Made by a program: the position numbers and the translations under genes
Assembly: GCA_030141605.1 (NCBI GenBank)
Contig: JAQGDQ010000077.1
Coordinates: 124,001 to 188,000, forward strand
DNA length: 64,000 nt
Direction of reading: 5' to 3'
From: Tubiluchus corallicola
Taxonomy: Eukaryota; Animalia; Priapulida
The notes under the pieces: model-generated
The model's database searches: none
What the model was told of the DNA's origin: nothing
The model's input: only the letters and a program-made list of their open reading frames with translations
In this document: positions 27,001 to 36,756 of the stretch, one piece after another
Layout: each line of letters begins with the position of its first letter
Position numbering within the stretch: position 1 is the stretch's first letter

Positions 27001-27730
27001 TTTCTTTGCTTTTTGCAGAGACACGAAGCAAACTTGGTATTAATTTCTAATTAAATACAGCACAAGTTAAGATTGCACAAATATGTGACAAAAAATGTAT
27101 TATTAACTGCATTGACTTTTCGTTTTATCTAAATTTAAATTGTAAATACTGTTTAAAAATGCAGTTTTCTTTCCTAAATTGAATAATCTGAATGGTGACA
27201 GTGATAACAGAAAATTTTCATTCTCATCTAGCATTTCAAAAATGGTGTTGTAGGATTAACAACTAACTTGAAACTAATTAATATCAGCTGGCTGACACGA
27301 ATGAATAACTGAAGTATCTTTGTGAATAATTTTCAAATTTAAACTTAACTGGTGTTTCTCTTAATGCTGAAATGCAAATTGAGATTTAGCATTCTGTTAT
27401 CTCCTGTTATCTGCATGTTGTTTATATTTGTACCTTATTATCATCAACTTGCTTTCACCATCAATTAAAATAAGTTCATTAACTAAAATTTTTTTTGTAG
27501 GCACTAGTGGTGCCACCAATCCATTTGTTGAGCTATTTAAACGAATGCAGCAGCAGCAACCACAGAACACCACTAATCCAGTGCAGCCAAGGCTATTTCC
27601 AAAAATGCCAGCCAGCTCAACAAGCGAGGAAAAGTTAGCCGAGCCAAAATATCAAAAAGGTGAACAATCAGCTGACGGCAAGACTCTGAAGGTTGGAAAT
27701 CTAACCATTACAGCGTTGGATAGCGATTGA
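1..27730 (+). CDS. ATRX: Transcriptional regulator ATRX (ADD domain + SNF2 ATPase/helicase), 5'-partial, 27 exons in window, about 2174 aa
   Basis: Exons: <1-76, 637-2716, 3382-3584, 4167-4284, 7566-7704, 7883-8020, 9215-9371, 10471-10569, 11789-11959, 12464-12617, 13284-13396, 14121-14273, 15273-15450, 15642-15779, 15996-16171, 16833-16997, 19052-19126, 20400-20623, 21205-21338, 21753-21945, 22244-22663, 22995-23358, 24157-24322, 25339-25475, 26186-26380, 26785-26914, 27501-27730. All introns are GT-AG and phases match. Motifs: ADD ([12 protein letters not shown]...[29 protein letters not shown]), [94 protein letters not shown]. Confidence 0.97.
2..860 (+). other. ATRX: ATRX ADD domain (GATA-like finger + PHD finger), split by intron 77-636
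   Basis: Spliced translation CSDQ...[12 protein letters not shown]|[51 protein letters not shown]...WRCYVCNP has the ADD cysteine spacing. Confidence 0.93.
4332..5320. mobile_element. Non-autonomous hAT (Charlie/MER1-like) DNA transposon, about 990 bp, in an ATRX intron
   Basis: Left end CGGTCGTGTGCAAATT (4332-4347) vs reverse complement of right end CAGGGGTGTGCAAATT (5305-5320), 13/16 match. 8-bp TSD GCTTATGC (4324-4331) / CCTTATGC (5321-5328). Subterminal GGCCCGCGGGCCGC. No transposase ORF. Confidence 0.85.
4435..4506. repeat. Two-copy tandem repeat of about 36 bp inside the hAT element
   Basis: AATAAYGATTTTTTT..ATCCGACCTGCGTATATCA occurs twice. Confidence 0.8.
10662..11480 (+). repeat. 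Dispersed intronic repeat, copy A (homologous to 19735-20290)
   Basis: Colinear shared blocks: TTGGTAAAGGAAA, TCATGTTAATCATATCAGG, ACAACCTGTTG, TTATTAAAGAGTT.CTGGTTT, TTAGCTGT.TGTCA, TTTATTATCAA, CTGTTATAAGTTTTTGTT. Confidence 0.8.
19735..20290 (+). repeat. Dispersed intronic repeat, copy B (homologous to 10662-11480, lacking about 200 bp internally)
   Basis: Same colinear blocks as copy A. Starts CAGTGTTTGGAA, which resembles a hAT terminus. Confidence 0.8.
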
Positions 27731-28208
27731 ACTTGCTTTGTTGCTGAAAGCGTTTAAGATCGCTGTGCATTTGGAAAGTAACAGACATGGCCTTACAATT
27801 GGACGGTCATGTAAGGGGTGGCACTCTGGATAATGAGGGAGGTTATATTTTGGAAAGTTGTTAGTGTTTAGTGTATATATTAGTGATGTATGGCATTTTT
27901 TGGATGACAATTAATTTTTGCCACATTTCTTGAGTTTTGTAAAATCTAAATCACATCCTAGGGAATGTAAGACAAATATGTGTTATGTAGGATCCTATAA
28001 GGGTGTTTAAATATTTTGGTTACATCTTTCTGCCAGTTGCCTGATTTTATGTAAACTAAATGTATTTCTCTTAATGATCTTGTCTTGTAGAATATACCGT
28101 GTGCACACGTGTAGTTATTGAACAAAAGTCGTCTATGTTTCAGTTGAATATTAAGATTTTTTTCCCTCACAATTATTTTTTTGTGGTTAAAACATTTTGA
28201 AACCAATT

Positions 28209-28214
28209 AATAAA
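28209..28214 (+). terminator. Candidate polyadenylation signal of ATRX
   Basis: AATAAA about 480 bp after the stop codon. The context is AT-rich, so it may be chance. Confidence 0.4.
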
Positions 28215-28444
28215 ACCTATAATTAAATGAAGTTTCTTACGTTGTAAGATGTGAATTTATGATTATAAAGAATTATACCCGTTCAACCCGCAAATTAACA
28301 CGAACGAATGAAACTAGTTTCGTGTCAGTTTTAGGTTTGATATTGGCTTTTTCTACTGAGGTTGGAAGTTGATAAGTGATAGATTTTATTTCATACAACA
28401 GTTCTGTGTGAAATCGATGCTATCTTTATTGTTACCTTAATTGT

Positions 28445-29356
28445 ACAGCATCATCATAATCATCGTTTACTTGGTTTTAAGATCTAAATTATTGCATGCT
28501 CCACCGGTTGATGCCACACTCTACTAACTGCTTCCACCGCTTCCGATGCATCATCCCTCAGATCAGGATCTGTATTTAGATCTGTTAGAAATAAAATTTA
28601 GTAAATTTGTTTGCAGTATATCTATGTACATCAGTAGCTGACCCCTTGTCGGGTTTTTTGTCGTATCACGAGCTTAACGCAGTGCTATAGGAAGAGGTGG
28701 TTTTTGAGGTAGTCTTAGTGCTTGCCCATCCAATACAATCTTCTTACTTGGATTTGTTTACAACAATGTTCTTCTTCACCACATCAAATAGATCATTATT
28801 GGAAGTTCTGTCATGCTATTTATTGCCTAACATAGACATCTTTGAAAAGCGTCAATTGCCTTCTGCTGTTTTTATTGTCCATAGCTCAGTACTGTATAAA
28901 AATACAGGTTTAGCTTTTGTTGAAAGGTTTCCAACTTTGGTTTCAAGAGAAAGTTTATTGTTTTCAAAAACTTTTGTGAGATCTGAATAAGCAGACAATG
29001 CTAGAATTTTCTTTTGTTGTTTGTTGGCTTTGGTATCTCGGTATGTTGATGTCTTGCGAGGTACCTCGTACAACGAGGTACCTCGTTCTGTCATGCTATT
29101 TATTGCCTAACATAGACATCTTTGAAAAGCGTCAATTGCCTTCTGCTGTTTTTATTGTCCATAGCTCAGTACTGTATAAAAATACAGGTTTAGCTTTTGT
29201 TGAAAGGTTTCCAACTTTGGTTTCAAGAGAAAGTTTATTGTTTTCAAAAACTTTTGTGAGATCTGAATAAGCAGACAATGCTAGAATTTTCTTTTGTTGT
29301 TTGTTGGCTTTGGTATCTCGGTATGTTGATGTCTTGCGAGGTACCTCGTACAACGA
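28445..29356 (-). mobile_element. Decayed RTE-like LINE, 3' fragment (RT thumb and C-terminus), partly tandem-duplicated
   Basis: Minus strand gives ILALSAYSDLTKVFENNKLSLETKV...PVFLYSTELWTI, then HDRTSNNDL and HRKRWKQLVE (cf. RTE A..AF..L...W....LS..TK...PVLLYG.E.W and DR..W..LV). Frameshifts and stops are present. Degenerate (GAT)n tail at about 28448-28465. Confidence 0.7.
28805..29356. repeat. Apparently perfect tandem duplication, period 280 bp
   Basis: 28805-29076 is repeated at 29085-29356 with no mismatch seen by eye. An 8-nt insert GGTACCTC sits at 29077-29084. The ORF track shows the duplicated peptides. Confidence 0.93.
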
Positions 29357-30775
29357 TTGTTATTGAATCTGCCGTCATCTTTATCATTGCCTTTCATTCA
29401 CCGTGAAGCTAGTTCTTCCAGTTTTTAGTTAATTCACCTTCTAAGCAAACCTACCACAACTTGTTTATTAATTTCTTCAAATGTTTAGTTGTTAAGTTAC
29501 TGAATGCTAGAAATTGTGTGCTTGCTTCCTATTGATGCAACTCATGCAATGATGCAGGAAATGAAAATGATTGTGAATGAGTTGAATACTCTTATTGAAT
29601 AATGATTAAATTAACATATCACATATTAATGTAACATATTCCTGATAGTGTTGCATGTAAGAAACAAAAAATTCATAAGGAATTTGAAAAATGAAGGCAA
29701 TTCTTATTATGTACATAACCTTAAATGAAGTGTATCATTCACATTCTCAACGAACGATTCTCAAGCATAAGTTTTGCTATAGGTATATAAGTACACACGA
29801 TCAGAAACTCTCAATTAATGTAGAGAATCAACACTAGATTTTTTTTTTACATTTATTATGTTATCTTGTCTGTTGATAAATCAATTGATTTTTTTTCTCT
29901 GGTGCTGTTCTCATGTGTGGCATAGTGAACGTAGTCTTCTCTGTGTGTGTGTGCATGCGTGCATGTTGTATCGTTTATTAAATATGGAGTACATATAGTG
30001 TTTGATAAATCAGTAACAGAAATGTGAGTTGACTGACTGCATGTTGAACATTATATAAACAGCTTTTTACAGTTCCCCAGATTGGCAGCCACGTGGTCAA
30101 TTTTGTTCATTTAAAGATTGTGCATAATTATGTTATTGTCGTCAGCTATTTATTGTTGTTTATTTCGTGAGTTCCAGGTATATTACGTTATAACCATGCT
30201 TACCAGGTAATGAAATGTTGTGCATCATTTACAGTAACAGATACATGTAATTATGTATATACATGTGTAATATTATTTGCGTTTATTTATAATTGTATGG
30301 CCGTCGTCTTAAAGTTCAGTGGCAGTGGTCTAAGCTGCGTTAGTCAATTTTTTCGCCATGTAATGTTTAAGTAATATTTTGATGTAAAATAAAAAATATA
30401 TTAGTGTATAAAAGAATAATTGTTTTTAATGTCTTTATAAACGCTGCAAGTCAGTGCAAAAACGGGCACATTAAATGATTTTAACACCTTAAGGCTTTAT
30501 GTTCGATTGATTCGTAACTTGAATAATTGCATGATTAGCTGGAAGTTTGACATTACAAATGGACAAAGGCTTTTACAATGGATAATAATTACTGGACATA
30601 GTAATGAAGTATATTAGTTGAGGGGTTAGACCTGCAAGCTGAATATAAAAAAAAAATTTAAGTAACATTTTCTGGCTTTTGAACCATCATTTGAATAGAC
30701 TATTAGCGATTTTAAGACTTTAATTCTACATCAAGCAAAAAACGTTTCTGTACTATGCAGATGTTAATTCCAGTT

Positions 30776-30794
30776 TTTCTCTCTCAACTGCTCG

Positions 30795-30834
<40 letters not shown>

Positions 30835-30860
30835 TCTCTCTTTCTGTCATTCTATCTCTA
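30776..30860. repeat. (CT)n microsatellite / pyrimidine tract
   Basis: Direct reading. Confidence 0.9.
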
Positions 30861-31272
30861 GCAGGTAAGTAGAATGGCACAATGAAAATTAGAATACCGG
30901 TTTCTAAGTTGGAAGCGTCTAAATGGAATCCAAATATAATGTATTTTTTTTTAAATTTGACTTCTAAAATGGAATATGCGTTAACTTCTGAAATTTCTTA
31001 ACAATTAAAATCTGTTCATTATACGTTTCTATTGAAGCAGAGACTTCCAAGTTTACCGTATCATTTGTGTCAATCCCTTTGGTCATGTTAGTAAATTTGC
31101 ATGATTTGTAGTGGGTTTTCTTTGTAAAAGTAGAAGAAACTAGAACTCTGTAGTTTGGGTTCTACTGCTGGCCACATTGAAACAAGTTAATTTGAGCTTG
31201 TTAATTTCGGCAAAGAACGCCTGTTTTTCACTGTCCATAGAAAGTGTTTGTAGCTCACTGGATGCACTAACC

Positions 31273-33189
31273 ATGTCAGCTAACTCAGATATATATGAAT
31301 TCTACGCAAGAGGGGGTATCAAAAAAGGACTTGAACCAGACGACGGGAAATTCACCTTAAACGGGAAACGCATTGTCTTGTTGAGTGGAGCAATGCACTA
31401 TTTTCGAATTCCTAAGGAGTACTGGAGAGACAGGTTGTTAAAATTGAAAGCAAGTGGACTGAATACAGTAGAAACGTATGCGCCATGGAATCTGCATGAA
31501 AAGCTACCCGGCAAATATAAGTTTTCAGACGAGTTAGATATTCGACACTTTTTGTTAACAGCAAAAGAGATCGGACTATTCGCAATTCTGCGGCCTGGTC
31601 CATATATATGTGCTGAGTGGGAATTTGGTGGTTTACCTTACTGGCTCTTGCGTGATCGTAAAATGAGAGTACGGACAACGTATAAACCGTTCATTGCTGC
31701 AGTCGATAGATATTTTGAGCAGTTACTGCTTCTTGTTAAAGACCTTCAGTTCATGCACAATGGCCCGATTATTGCACTACAAGTTGAAAACGAATACGGT
31801 TCATATGGCGTTGACCGTGACTATGTTCACTTGGTGAAGGAGATAATAGAAAAATATGGTATTGTTGAAATGCTGTTCACATCAGATGGACCTCATTTTC
31901 TAGAAAATGGAGGAACTATTCCAGGTGTCCTAGCGACTGTTAATTTTCAGTGCCGATCAAAGTCTCATCTGGAAATACTGCATGCGTTTCAGCCTGATCA
32001 ACCGTTAATGGTTTCAGAATTCTGGACAGGGTGGTTCGATTACTGGGGAGGGAAACATAACACGCTTGCTATTGAAAGATTCAAAAAAAAGTTGCGAAGC
32101 ATTCTACTCCGTGGCGCTTCTATAAGCTTTTACATGTTTCACGGCGGCACGAACTTTGGCTTCATGAATGGGGCGTTGGGGGTAAAAGAACCGCCTTATT
32201 ATTACCCAAATATTACAAGCTACGATTATGATGCCATCATCACAGAGTCAGGTGATATTACAGAGAAATACGTACACACAAAAGAATTTCTGAGGAATTT
32301 CGATTCGGGTTTTCGAGAACGCCCTCTGGAAGATCCACTATCAGTTGCAAAAGAAGCATATAAAGCCATAAATGTGGCCAGCTATTTACCAATTTATCGC
32401 TTGTTAGACATGGTCACAATGGAAAAACATCATGATATTGTGCCCATGGAACTACTAGATTGTAATGATGGCGCTGGTCAAGGGTACGGTTATGTATTTT
32501 ATAGAAACACATTTGAGTCTACCGGGGGGAAGATACAAATCGAAGATCGGGTGCGTGACAGAGCGCACATATCACTGTTTCATGAAGACCAGAAAATAAT
32601 CAACAGGACAATAGACTGGCTAGATGAAAATTTCGAAATTGAATTACCGAAAACTGGTGATCACCCTCACAAATTAACTTTAGAAATTCTTGTCGAAAAC
32701 ATTGGCCGAGTAAATTACCAAGACGGAATACATGTCCCCGAATTTGTGTGCTATGACGACCAGCGAAAGGGTATCGCGGGAGATGTATGGCACAATGACA
32801 AAAAGTTGTTAGATTGGGAAATATTTCCTTTAGAGTTCGATGCTAAATTTGTTGCACAATTATCTAATATTGAATGGATTAATTTAGATAAAGCTGTCAA
32901 AGACGACAACGTCTTAGCAGGAGGGTCTGTGTATAAAGCAGTGCTTTACATTAGAGGAAAGCCTAAGGATACATTTCTGTGCCCGAAAAACTGGGGAAGA
33001 GGAGTTGCTTTCATGAACTATTTCAACTTAGGACGATACTGGGAAACCAAAGGGCCCCAAAAGACTTTGTACGTTCCAGCCTCTTGTCTCCGCGAAGGCG
33101 AAAACACAGTTATTATGTTTGAGCTGGACTGTGCACAGCCAAAAATTGAGTTTAGTGACCACTTATTTTGGAAAGTTGAGCAATCTTGA
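31273..33189 (+). CDS. GH35 beta-galactosidase (GLB1-like 2 type), single coding exon, 638 aa
   Basis: Motifs SGAMHYFR, GLNTVETY, RPGPYICAEW, PIIALQVENEYGSY (acid/base Glu), PLMVSEFWTGWFD (nucleophile Glu), YMFHGGTNFG, TSYDYDA, ENIGRVNY, NLGRYW..GPQKTLYVP. The ORF track starts at a TTG (31177); the first ATG, in ACCATG context, is 31273, just after a splice acceptor at 31240. Confidence 0.93.
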   Translation: MSANSDIYEFYARGGIKKGLEPDDGKFTLNGKRIVLLSGAMHYFRIPKEYWRDRLLKLKASGLNTVETYAPWNLHEKLPGKYKFSDELDIRHFLLTAKEIGLFAILRPGPYICAEWEFGGLPYWLLRDRKMRVRTTYKPFIAAVDRYFEQLLLLVKDLQFMHNGPIIALQVENEYGSYGVDRDYVHLVKEIIEKYGIVEMLFTSDGPHFLENGGTIPGVLATVNFQCRSKSHLEILHAFQPDQPLMVSEFWTGWFDYWGGKHNTLAIERFKKKLRSILLRGASISFYMFHGGTNFGFMNGALGVKEPPYYYPNITSYDYDAIITESGDITEKYVHTKEFLRNFDSGFRERPLEDPLSVAKEAYKAINVASYLPIYRLLDMVTMEKHHDIVPMELLDCNDGAGQGYGYVFYRNTFESTGGKIQIEDRVRDRAHISLFHEDQKIINRTIDWLDENFEIELPKTGDHPHKLTLEILVENIGRVNYQDGIHVPEFVCYDDQRKGIAGDVWHNDKKLLDWEIFPLEFDAKFVAQLSNIEWINLDKAVKDDNVLAGGSVYKAVLYIRGKPKDTFLCPKNWGRGVAFMNYFNLGRYWETKGPQKTLYVPASCLREGENTVIMFELDCAQPKIEFSDHLFWKVEQS

Positions 33190-34029
33190 ACATCGGTTTA
33201 TAAGTAAACTCATTAAATTTTAGAGAAGAATTTGAGGTCTATGGGTAAAAAGTGAATGATAGTTTCTTAATCTAAACATCATGCCATATGTCATCGTCAC
33301 AAGGATATTAAAAGACTATGGATAAACCAAACCCCTGGGTTTAGTAAACAAGTCATATGGAAATCATATTAACCACGGTTAATTTAAACACAGTTAGATT
33401 ATCTAATTAATTAATATAATTTATAATTAATGTTATAATTAGTTAATGATAAAATGAATTATCAATTTAAACAAAACGAAACCAAAGAGGTGTAAACTGT
33501 AAAGTAACCGGACTGTATTCGTACCTGAAATCGTTAGACACCGTCTTAATGAAATATTTGGGCGAAACCGCAAACAAAAGTTAAAAAAGACATTTGGATA
33601 AAGAAAAAGCAAAGAATACAAAAATAGATGGCACGGAGAAATGCGTAGCTAATGTACACGGAAATAATGAAATTTAAATAAAAAATAAGTTGAGAGTATC
33701 TGTGCGTCTTGATACGTAGTTCTAAAATTATTCTTACTTGGAAACACGCATTTTTGGGTCCTACGCTACTCAGTACAGCATCAAAGTTATTTCTTGTTTG
33801 CTACAAGGTTATTATTTCTTAAAGACAACGTTACTTAGAACACTGATAAAGCTTTCTACTCTAATGTATCCTGCTCAGTCAAACGATGATTACAGACTCA
33901 CGTGGAATTCAACAAAACATTTATTAAATAACGCCGCATAAATACTGGCTAATGGCTGTCTATTCAACCATTGTTCTAACCGTAATCGTTTCCGTTAAGA
34001 GCTGATATCTGTCCGTAATCGTTGTCACT

Positions 34030-34280
34030 AGGAAGGTGAACGACAGATCACCTTAAAACAACAGGTGATCAGCGTCATGGAATGAAATGTCATTGTGCTG
34101 CAGCGAACACGATTACCTGATGAATGGCCTAGATGAGACGATAACACCGGCATGTTAGCTATTCAGCTAGGTGAGAAACTAAAAACATATCAAAAATCTG
34201 AATAGAAATATTGGCTAAAGCGACTCAGAGATGATGTGGTATATAAAGAAGAGAGTCTGGAGGGAAAACTGTCATAATTT
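34030..34280 (+). promoter_or_regulatory. Core promoter of the homeobox gene: T-box-like sites, reverse CCAAT, TATA box, Inr-like
   Basis: ATTGG 34210-34214; TATATAAAG 34240-34248; TCAT Inr-like about 32 bp downstream (34272); ATG at 34316. CTAGGTGAGAAA at 34167-34178. AGGTGA/TCACCT at 34034, 34048 and 34063. Confidence 0.55.
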
Positions 34281-34315
34281 GCTCTTGTCAAGAAGAGGAG
34301 TAATCTATCGCCGTC

Positions 34316-36756
34316 ATGGTCAAAGAAGAAGGAAAAGAAAAGCAGGAAGAGATGCCTGAAGTTGAATTTATCAACGTCGTTGATGATGATGATACCGACG
34401 AAGGTATAGGAGATTCAACTCTGTCAGATCCGAGTTCTGGTAAGTAAAACTAATTATAAAAAGTTTTCGTCTGCTTTACAAAAATGTCTCAAGTTTTCAT
34501 TGAGTTTTCTTCCAACCTCTATTCTTTAAGGTTATTTATTGTAAACGACATTAATTTATCTCCACAGTCCGAGATTAATTTTAACAATTGCCATGAAAAT
34601 GTGATAAACCAAATGTTTGTTAGGCTGTGTTGCGCTTTTATTTTTATAAAAAATAATTAATATCAGATCATAAAATAACTTAATTCACTTATAAAGGCAA
34701 GCGGTTAAAATATTCATTTTCGTAAGTATACCCGTCGCAGCCGGAATTAACATTTTTAGTCAGAAGTGGTTAATTAACTAATTGTCTTTTATTATTCTAT
34801 AAGAATACATTAATATAGTATTAAAATTAATATGCTGATGCTGATAATTTTTGTCGTGCATGCGGAATTTTTTTAAACTAATCAAAGACTACGTTTTCAG
34901 ATGTCAAAACAGATTTCTTAAGCTGTGACACTGAAATAATTATTTATACTAATAATTTAGTGACGAGAAATATATCTGACAGTATACAATATTTGATATA
35001 GCAAGATTATCAAAGGTTGGGAACTTTTCTTTAGTTGCAGCAAACAATTTTAATTATTACGTACGATAATTTTTATATTCGGTTAAAAATGTTTTTCATC
35101 TTCACTTTTTCTATCATTACTGTAGTAGCAGTTAGGAAATATTTACTCATACGTATTTACATTTAACGCTGGGAAAGATAAACACTTTTATTTATAGTTG
35201 TCATTATTGTTGTGCCGTACAAACTTCGCGCCATTTCGCTTAGAATTACATTGTAGCTTCACTTTCCTGTTTTTCTTTATTTATTGTAGACGTGCTTGTA
35301 CTTCTTGTGCCTTGACAATTTAAAAATGGTGAAATAAAATGAAGAATGGTTTTTTATTAAGATTTCAAAGTTCACTTGCTCTCTCTCCATTTTTAATGTT
35401 GTTTTATTTAGTTACTGAAATGCTTCAGAAATTTTTCACACGTGTTTTGTTCTAAGCCCAAAACCTTGCGAGTTGATTGTGTGTTGAGTTGAGAACGCTC
35501 GCAACCAAAATAATTATGTTTTATTGCAGAAGCAATTAAAGTAACTAATTCCAGTTCTGAGGAGTCGCCTAGCACTCCAAGGAAGAGCATAAGTCGAGGC
35601 GTTTCCGAAAGTCCAGCAAGACTTCTCCGCACACCAGAACGAAAGCAGAGCCAAAAGAGTCCGGGCAGCGCCACTAAAAGAGAAACACGGACGACATTTA
35701 CCTCACCGCAAATTCGTATTCTGGAGGAGTTTTTTGCGAGGATTCAGTATCCAGATAAGGAAGAATTAGAAGAGCTGAGTAGCAAAACGAAGATAAAGAC
35801 AAAGAAAATACAGGTATATCACTCAAACTTTCGGTCAGTCACAAATTTAAATCCACGGGGGTCAAATCAAGCTATGTTAACTTATTAGCAATGTTCTTAC
35901 ACAAAGTGATCGTTCGTTTTCATGTGTTTCTTTATAGTTTCACTATTTTAATTTACACGTTTTATGCCTATGTCAAACTATTTCGATGTAAATTGATTTC
36001 AAATTATGTGACTTAAATGCTAAAATCTCAGTGTCACTCAAATTTAAATACAAAAGTTCATAAGTTCATAAATTTAAGTACTTCGCAGTTTAAAATGCGC
36101 ATTTCGTAGGAATTATTTTTAATCCACCAAATCGTGCTTTCATAGGCACAGCATAAGTTGATTAAATGAATTTAGAGGATAATAACCTATAAAATTTGAA
36201 CGTTTTCAAACAACTAAAATGCTTTCGGATGTCAAGTTGGTGACGCTGTTGTAAGAATAAAGCGAAATATTATATATTTTTGTTACTAAAAAGTTATTTA
36301 ACTACATGATGTAAAGTTATCCGTACATGCACGTCTGAAAACAATATAATCAATATCTCGTTTATCGTTTTGTTTTCATAGACGTGGTTCCAAAATCAAC
36401 GAGCAAGAAGAAAGCGGACTAAAGATGCTCCTTCTCCCGTTCGCTTTGACGTTTCCCTCATTAACCTTTCTCCGCCTTCTTCTAGGTACGAGCACCATTC
36501 TTCTCCAACCTACTCTCTTCCTCCCCCACCTCCTTACCTCCCGGCACCTCCTTTGCTGCCCTCCTATGCGCCTACGTATCCGTGTCTTTCTCCATACGCT
36601 TACTCGCCCTATGCCAACTACCCCCCACCGCCACTCCCCCCACTGCCAATGTCTCATTCCAGCTCACCCATGTGGCCGTATCGACCAACACCCGTAATGT
36701 CATGCTGCTCTTCGAGGCCAAGTCCAAGTAAAGAGTTATCTGTGACCAGCGATTGA
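34316..36756 (+). CDS. Divergent PRD-class (Q50 paired-like) homeobox transcription factor, 3 exons, 260 aa
   Basis: Exons 34316-34439, 35530-35813 and 36382-36756 total 783 nt with consistent phase. Homeodomain KRETRTTFTSPQIRILEEFFARIQYPDKEELEELSSKTKIKTKKIQ|TWFQNQRARRKRTK retains R5, F8, L16, F20, Y25-P26-D27, W48-F49-Q50-N51 and R53. The intron falls between codons 46 and 47. The C-terminus is Pro/Ser/Tyr-rich. Confidence 0.9.

Noticed and set aside
31177-31272. 32-aa N-terminal extension of the beta-galactosidase ORF as a signal peptide
   Set aside because: It begins at a TTG and spans a pyrimidine tract plus AG acceptor (31240), so it is most likely intron/UTR.
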